Of a stretch of DNA of 64,000 bases, positions 60,385 to 64,000 are shown piece after piece. The stretch's first letter is position 1, and each line of letters begins with the position of its first letter. Under the pieces are notes generated by a model. The model did not search any database. It had not been told where the DNA came from and saw only the letters and a list, made by a program, of their open reading frames with translations. Position numbers and translations under genes: made by a program. The stretch covers positions 1,596,417-1,660,416 of the forward strand of contig CAXXJB010000001.1 of NCBI GenBank assembly GCA_963663095.2. Direction: 5' to 3'. This DNA is from Arenicellales bacterium (GTDB lineage Bacteria > Pseudomonadota > Gammaproteobacteria > Arenicellales > JAJDZL01).

Positions 60385-63075
60385 ATGGTCCAACAGCAGA
60401 TGAGGTCAAGACGACCGGCGTATACAGCCGAAGACGCTCTTAGTGAACCTTCCGTTAGCGAGGCGATTAAGCGAGGCATCATAGATATTAAGGACAATCG
60501 GATAACCTATAACTTAGGTATCAAGAATACCTACAACTGGTCTGACCCTGAGGAGTGGGTAAGAGCTCGAACGGTAGCATTCCTAATCGTTGATCGAGAC
60601 TATCCTGCAAACCGGATGGGAACTGAGGTCCAAGTTCCAAGGCGCACACCGAGTGACTTTGCAGACCTCGTAGTTTATCGAGATGATCGTAGGAGACAGC
60701 CGTATCTGGTCGTTGAGAACAAAGCTGCTGAACAAACAGTAGCCAATCGACGCCAGGCTATCGAACAAGCATTCGGGAACGCGAATTCGCTTCGCGCTGA
60801 ATTCGCCTTATACGATGAGTTCAATGAAAGTTGTTTCTACGATGTGGGAAACTATCCGTCCATGGAGCGGGTCAACAATCTCCGAGGAGGAGTGGAGGCG
60901 ATCCCTCGACAATATGGTGAAGTACCCGAATTCCCGCACATAGCCGGACAGTCGGGAGATATTGCATCAGCTCCACCGAGTCACATCGAAGCTCGCATTC
61001 GACAGGCACACTCGATCATCTGGTCAGGTGGTAAGCGAGACCCATTAACCGCATTCGACGAATGGAGCAAACTCCTATTCGCTAAGGTCATTGATGAACG
61101 CACCACACCAACCAACCAGCCCCGGCGCTTCCAAGTCGGATCCAACGAAACAACAGCTTCGGTTGCAAATCGACTTCACCAGTTATTTTCCGATGCTTGT
61201 AACGAAGATTTATCAATCTTTCCAGATCGCATTCGTATAAACCTTCCCGACCGAAAGATATTTGAAACTGTTGCTGCCTTACAGGCCATCAGTTTCACAG
61301 GAACTGATGTCGATAACATCGGCATCGCCTTCGAGAGTTTTTTCGGTTCAGTATTCAGAGGCGAACTCGGCCAGTATTTTACGATGCGGCAGCTAGCCCG
61401 CTTCACGGTGTCCATGCTTGGCATCAACCACAATCATTTCGTTCTGGACCCGACAGCAGGGAGTGGGGGGTTTCTCCTCGAAGTCCTTCTGCAAGTTTGG
61501 CATAGCGTTGATCGTGACTTCCATGGTCAGCGCCCTGAGCACATTCATCGAATTAAGACCGACTTTGCCTTGACTAAAGTTTATGGTATAGAAATCCATG
61601 ACGTGCTTGCTCGCATCTGCAAGATTAACCTACTTCTTCACCACGATGGTCATACCAATATCGAAGGTGATCGCTCTTGTCTGGATTCTAACTTCACAAT
61701 TCCACGACTCGCGTCACCCCAAGGCCGTTTCCACCGGATCGTGGGGAATCCGCCGTTTGGTGACGAGGTCCCTGAAGGTGACGAAGATCACCTTGGTTCT
61801 AACACGTTAAGTAGCTTCTCCGTCGCTAAAAACCGAGATTCGGTCGCATCAGAGCACGTAATCCTTGAAAAGGCGATTAAATTCCTTGAACCCGGTGGAC
61901 ATCTTGGTCTGGTATTACCCGATGGCCTATTGAACAATCAGGGAGAGATTTCAAATTGTCCGCAAGTTCGTAGGTATCTAGCGGAAACGGGTTTCGTTGA
62001 AGCAATTGTGTCTCTGCCGGACCACGCATTCCGAAAATCCGGCGCGCAAAACAAGACCTCCATATTTTTCTTCAGAAAGTTTACTGACACCGAGGCGAAA
62101 GCCTTTGCCCGCGCACTTCAGGAAGCGCGGCGAACTGTGGACGACGAATCGGCAGCGATTGCTGTAGCTTGGAAATCGATGGATCATCGAACTTTCTTCG
62201 CAGAAGCGAACTTTATCGGCTACACTCCCACCGGGGTTACCAGTGAACGAAATGAGCTATATCGAGGCGAGACAGGGGGTAGGTTGGCTGATGACCAAGC
62301 AGGAACCATCCTCGGAGAGTATTCTGCCTTCCTTGAAGATCCCGAGAACTACAGTGGCCGAAACTCACCAGACTGCATGGCCGCAAGATTTCACGAAATC
62401 TGGAACTCACATTCCAGTCATAGACTGGATCCAAAATACTACCTTTTCAAGCGCGAAGAACAGAACGTCACCCCTGCTGGATGGGTTCGAGCACCGATAC
62501 AGAAAATCATGCGGCGCCGGGAAAATCAGGTTGATCCGTCCTCCTCACCCGATAATCAGGTGATCGTGATGACCTTGGGGCAAAATGGAGAAATACGTCC
62601 TAGAGAGGCTGGCAAAGGTAAAAGTCCACCTAGGTGGTTAGGCATGTATTTTAAGGAAAGTCCCTCAAAATGGTTCGTAGCGCACGCCGGCGACGTTGTG
62701 TTCTCCTCAATCGATTTATGGAAGGGCTGCATTGCCGTAGTCCCAAGCGAATTTGATGGAGCGTTGGTAACGAATGAATTTCCGATTTACGAGGTGGTGG
62801 ACGAACGCCTTGATCCGGAGTTCCTCTCCTGTTTGCTCCGAAGCCGTTACTATCAGAGAGCATTTCGCGCAATCACAACGGGCCACAGCAATAGACGACG
62901 AACGCAACAAGAGGATTTTGAAGCACTTGAGATATGCTTCCCGGCTGACCGGAAGGTACAGGTAGATTTGATTTCAGGAATACAAGCGGCAAGGAATAAC
63001 CATAGAACCTCAACCCAAGAATTGAATCTTCAATTTCTTGAATTCAGCGAATTGATTGATGGGCGAAATACGTAA
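60385..63075 (+). CDS. single-polypeptide Type IIG-like restriction-modification enzyme (PD-(D/E)xK nuclease-like N-terminus, gamma-class N6-adenine methyltransferase, one HsdS-like TRD)
   Basis: N-terminus FADLVVYRDDRRRQPYLVVENKAAE (D...ExK, HSDR_N-like). MTase motif I FVLDPTAGSGGFLLE and motif IV IVGNPPFGDE. C-terminal HsdS-like half (GWVRAPIQKIM..., NEFPIYEV...LDPEFLSCLLRS). No hsdR or helicase gene nearby. Confidence 0.8.
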   Translation: MVQQQMRSRRPAYTAEDALSEPSVSEAIKRGIIDIKDNRITYNLGIKNTYNWSDPEEWVRARTVAFLIVDRDYPANRMGTEVQVPRRTPSDFADLVVYRDDRRRQPYLVVENKAAEQTVANRRQAIEQAFGNANSLRAEFALYDEFNESCFYDVGNYPSMERVNNLRGGVEAIPRQYGEVPEFPHIAGQSGDIASAPPSHIEARIRQAHSIIWSGGKRDPLTAFDEWSKLLFAKVIDERTTPTNQPRRFQVGSNETTASVANRLHQLFSDACNEDLSIFPDRIRINLPDRKIFETVAALQAISFTGTDVDNIGIAFESFFGSVFRGELGQYFTMRQLARFTVSMLGINHNHFVLDPTAGSGGFLLEVLLQVWHSVDRDFHGQRPEHIHRIKTDFALTKVYGIEIHDVLARICKINLLLHHDGHTNIEGDRSCLDSNFTIPRLASPQGRFHRIVGNPPFGDEVPEGDEDHLGSNTLSSFSVAKNRDSVASEHVILEKAIKFLEPGGHLGLVLPDGLLNNQGEISNCPQVRRYLAETGFVEAIVSLPDHAFRKSGAQNKTSIFFFRKFTDTEAKAFARALQEARRTVDDESAAIAVAWKSMDHRTFFAEANFIGYTPTGVTSERNELYRGETGGRLADDQAGTILGEYSAFLEDPENYSGRNSPDCMAARFHEIWNSHSSHRLDPKYYLFKREEQNVTPAGWVRAPIQKIMRRRENQVDPSSSPDNQVIVMTLGQNGEIRPREAGKGKSPPRWLGMYFKESPSKWFVAHAGDVVFSSIDLWKGCIAVVPSEFDGALVTNEFPIYEVVDERLDPEFLSCLLRSRYYQRAFRAITTGHSNRRRTQQEDFEALEICFPADRKVQVDLISGIQAARNNHRTSTQELNLQFLEFSELIDGRNT

Positions 63076-63467
63076 GTGGTACAGCCGCACTGCTTACGGA
63101 CATATCGAGTTTCCCTTTTCCGAAACCGTATACATCCTGCTGTACGACTCATATCGGTCCTCGAGCTAAATGACCGGATTTCCTCTCGCCATGATTCCGC
63201 CATCTTTAAGTGAGCACCTACCTGCAGGTATTCATGAACTTTCCGGAGTCGAGATCGCTGATGCGGGAAGACAAAACATCACCACACTGGCCCAAAGGAC
63301 AGTTCCGTATTGTGTAGACGTATGCTGCTCAATAATCATCCGTGAGCGATCACCAAGTGATTCCATGAGATGCTTAATGACAGACATGCAGTACTGAGGA
63401 ACACCAAAGAAATAAAATTCCCTACATTCAATTAAGGTGGACCCGATTCAACAAGGGTAATGGAACG

Positions 63468-64000
63468 CTAAGCATGCTCCTCTATCCAGTTCACCAGTTT
63501 CCCCGCCTCCGTGATTGCAGCCCGCACTTCTTCAGATGAAGCATACACAGCAGGTTTTATCCAGTAACTTCCTCCCAAACTCAGCTCTTCTAACAATTGT
63601 CGTTCGTCATCTCTCATGAAGAACGGACTGGGAAATCTAGTTATATCCTTATCCACGTACCTGACATGCATTGAGGTTATATCTTCGGGATGCTGGTCAC
63701 GGTTTCGTGCCAGTATCATCTGTTCAAGAAGCCCGAGGTCAGCGGGGCAATCGTCCCACGATCGACCAGAGATATGCTCGAAGTAAGCTCTGTAGCCATT
63801 CAGATACCCCTTCTTAAAAGCATGTTTTCGCTTATCTTTATCCCAAGGAATCCCAAACTCCTTCTCCCACGTTTCGAAATAGAGATTCAACGTTACCGAA
63901 AGCATCGTTATGCATGTCCGTCCCAACACCTCCAATGCATTATCTGCCTCTATCCACTCCTCAAGATAAGGGGGCTCCCCGTCTTCGCTGTATGGTGGGT
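63468..64000 (-). CDS. hypothetical protein with an RNxxxH (HEPN-like) motif, 5'-truncated by the window edge
   Basis: The frame stays open to nt 64000 (...PYSEDGEPPYLEEWIEADNALEVLGRT...), so the track's TTG at 63935 is internal. The motif ILARNRDQHPED is encoded at 63690-63707. No other recognisable domain. Confidence 0.55.
   Translation of the reverse strand, partial: PPYSEDGEPPYLEEWIEADNALEVLGRTCITMLSVTLNLYFETWEKEFGIPWDKDKRKHAFKKGYLNGYRAYFEHISGRSWDDCPADLGLLEQMILARNRDQHPEDITSMHVRYVDKDITRFPSPFFMRDDERQLLEELSLGGSYWIKPAVYASSEEVRAAITEAGKLVNWIEEHA

Noticed and set aside
63170-63397. 75-aa + strand ORF (and a 51-aa minus-strand ORF) in the spacer after the Type IIG gene
   Set aside because: No SD, no motif and odd composition. 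The region is kept only as an unexplained spacer in the defence-islet finding.

Overview
64-kb chromosomal segment of a Gram-negative, proteobacterial-type genome (lgt, msbA, TRAP transporter, OmpA-domain protein, rplM-rpsI-tRNA-Gln). The housekeeping and metabolic backbone includes the 3' part of gcvP, a dctPQM-type TRAP transporter, tag, an Ldh2-family dehydrogenase, ybdK, ltaE, an agmatinase-family ureohydrolase, asparaginase II, an enoyl-CoA hydratase, lgt, GGT plus an MFS transporter, icd, alkA, msbA, an ABC-2 exporter and erpA. Several small accessory islets interrupt it. (1) 57.65 kb to the window end is a nucleic-acid-targeting islet: an IS1595 relic, a DUF262 plus HNH (GmrSD-like) pair, a single-chain Type IIG-like R-M enzyme, and a partial ORF with an RNxxxH (HEPN-like) motif. 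(2) 47.5-48.7 kb holds two tandem antitoxin/Doc modules that are damaged in reciprocal ways. (3) 15.1-16.3 kb is an Xre/ParS-RES module whose toxin carries a premature TAG. (4) 22.5-31.7 kb is a variable stretch with a DUF4143 ATPase, a SWIM-SNF2 helicase, a frameshifted yyaL and a heavily decayed AlbA_2/HATPase_c_4 gene. Other notable loci: a translationally coupled cobalt-type nitrile hydratase whose beta subunit is split into two ORFs; a neighbouring NorQ/NorD-type AAA+/VWA pair with a cupredoxin; a coupled operon of an unknown protein, a CDO-like cupin and a tetra-rhodanese; a GPP34/GOLPH3-family protein; and an OmpA-anchored coiled-coil protein with 93-bp tandem repeats. No CRISPR array, rRNA or integrase was seen. 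The window carries many disrupted genes. No single locus is shown to be a new system; the best candidates are the defence islet at the 3' end, the split nitrile hydratase neighbourhood, the SNF2 locus and the cupin-rhodanese operon.
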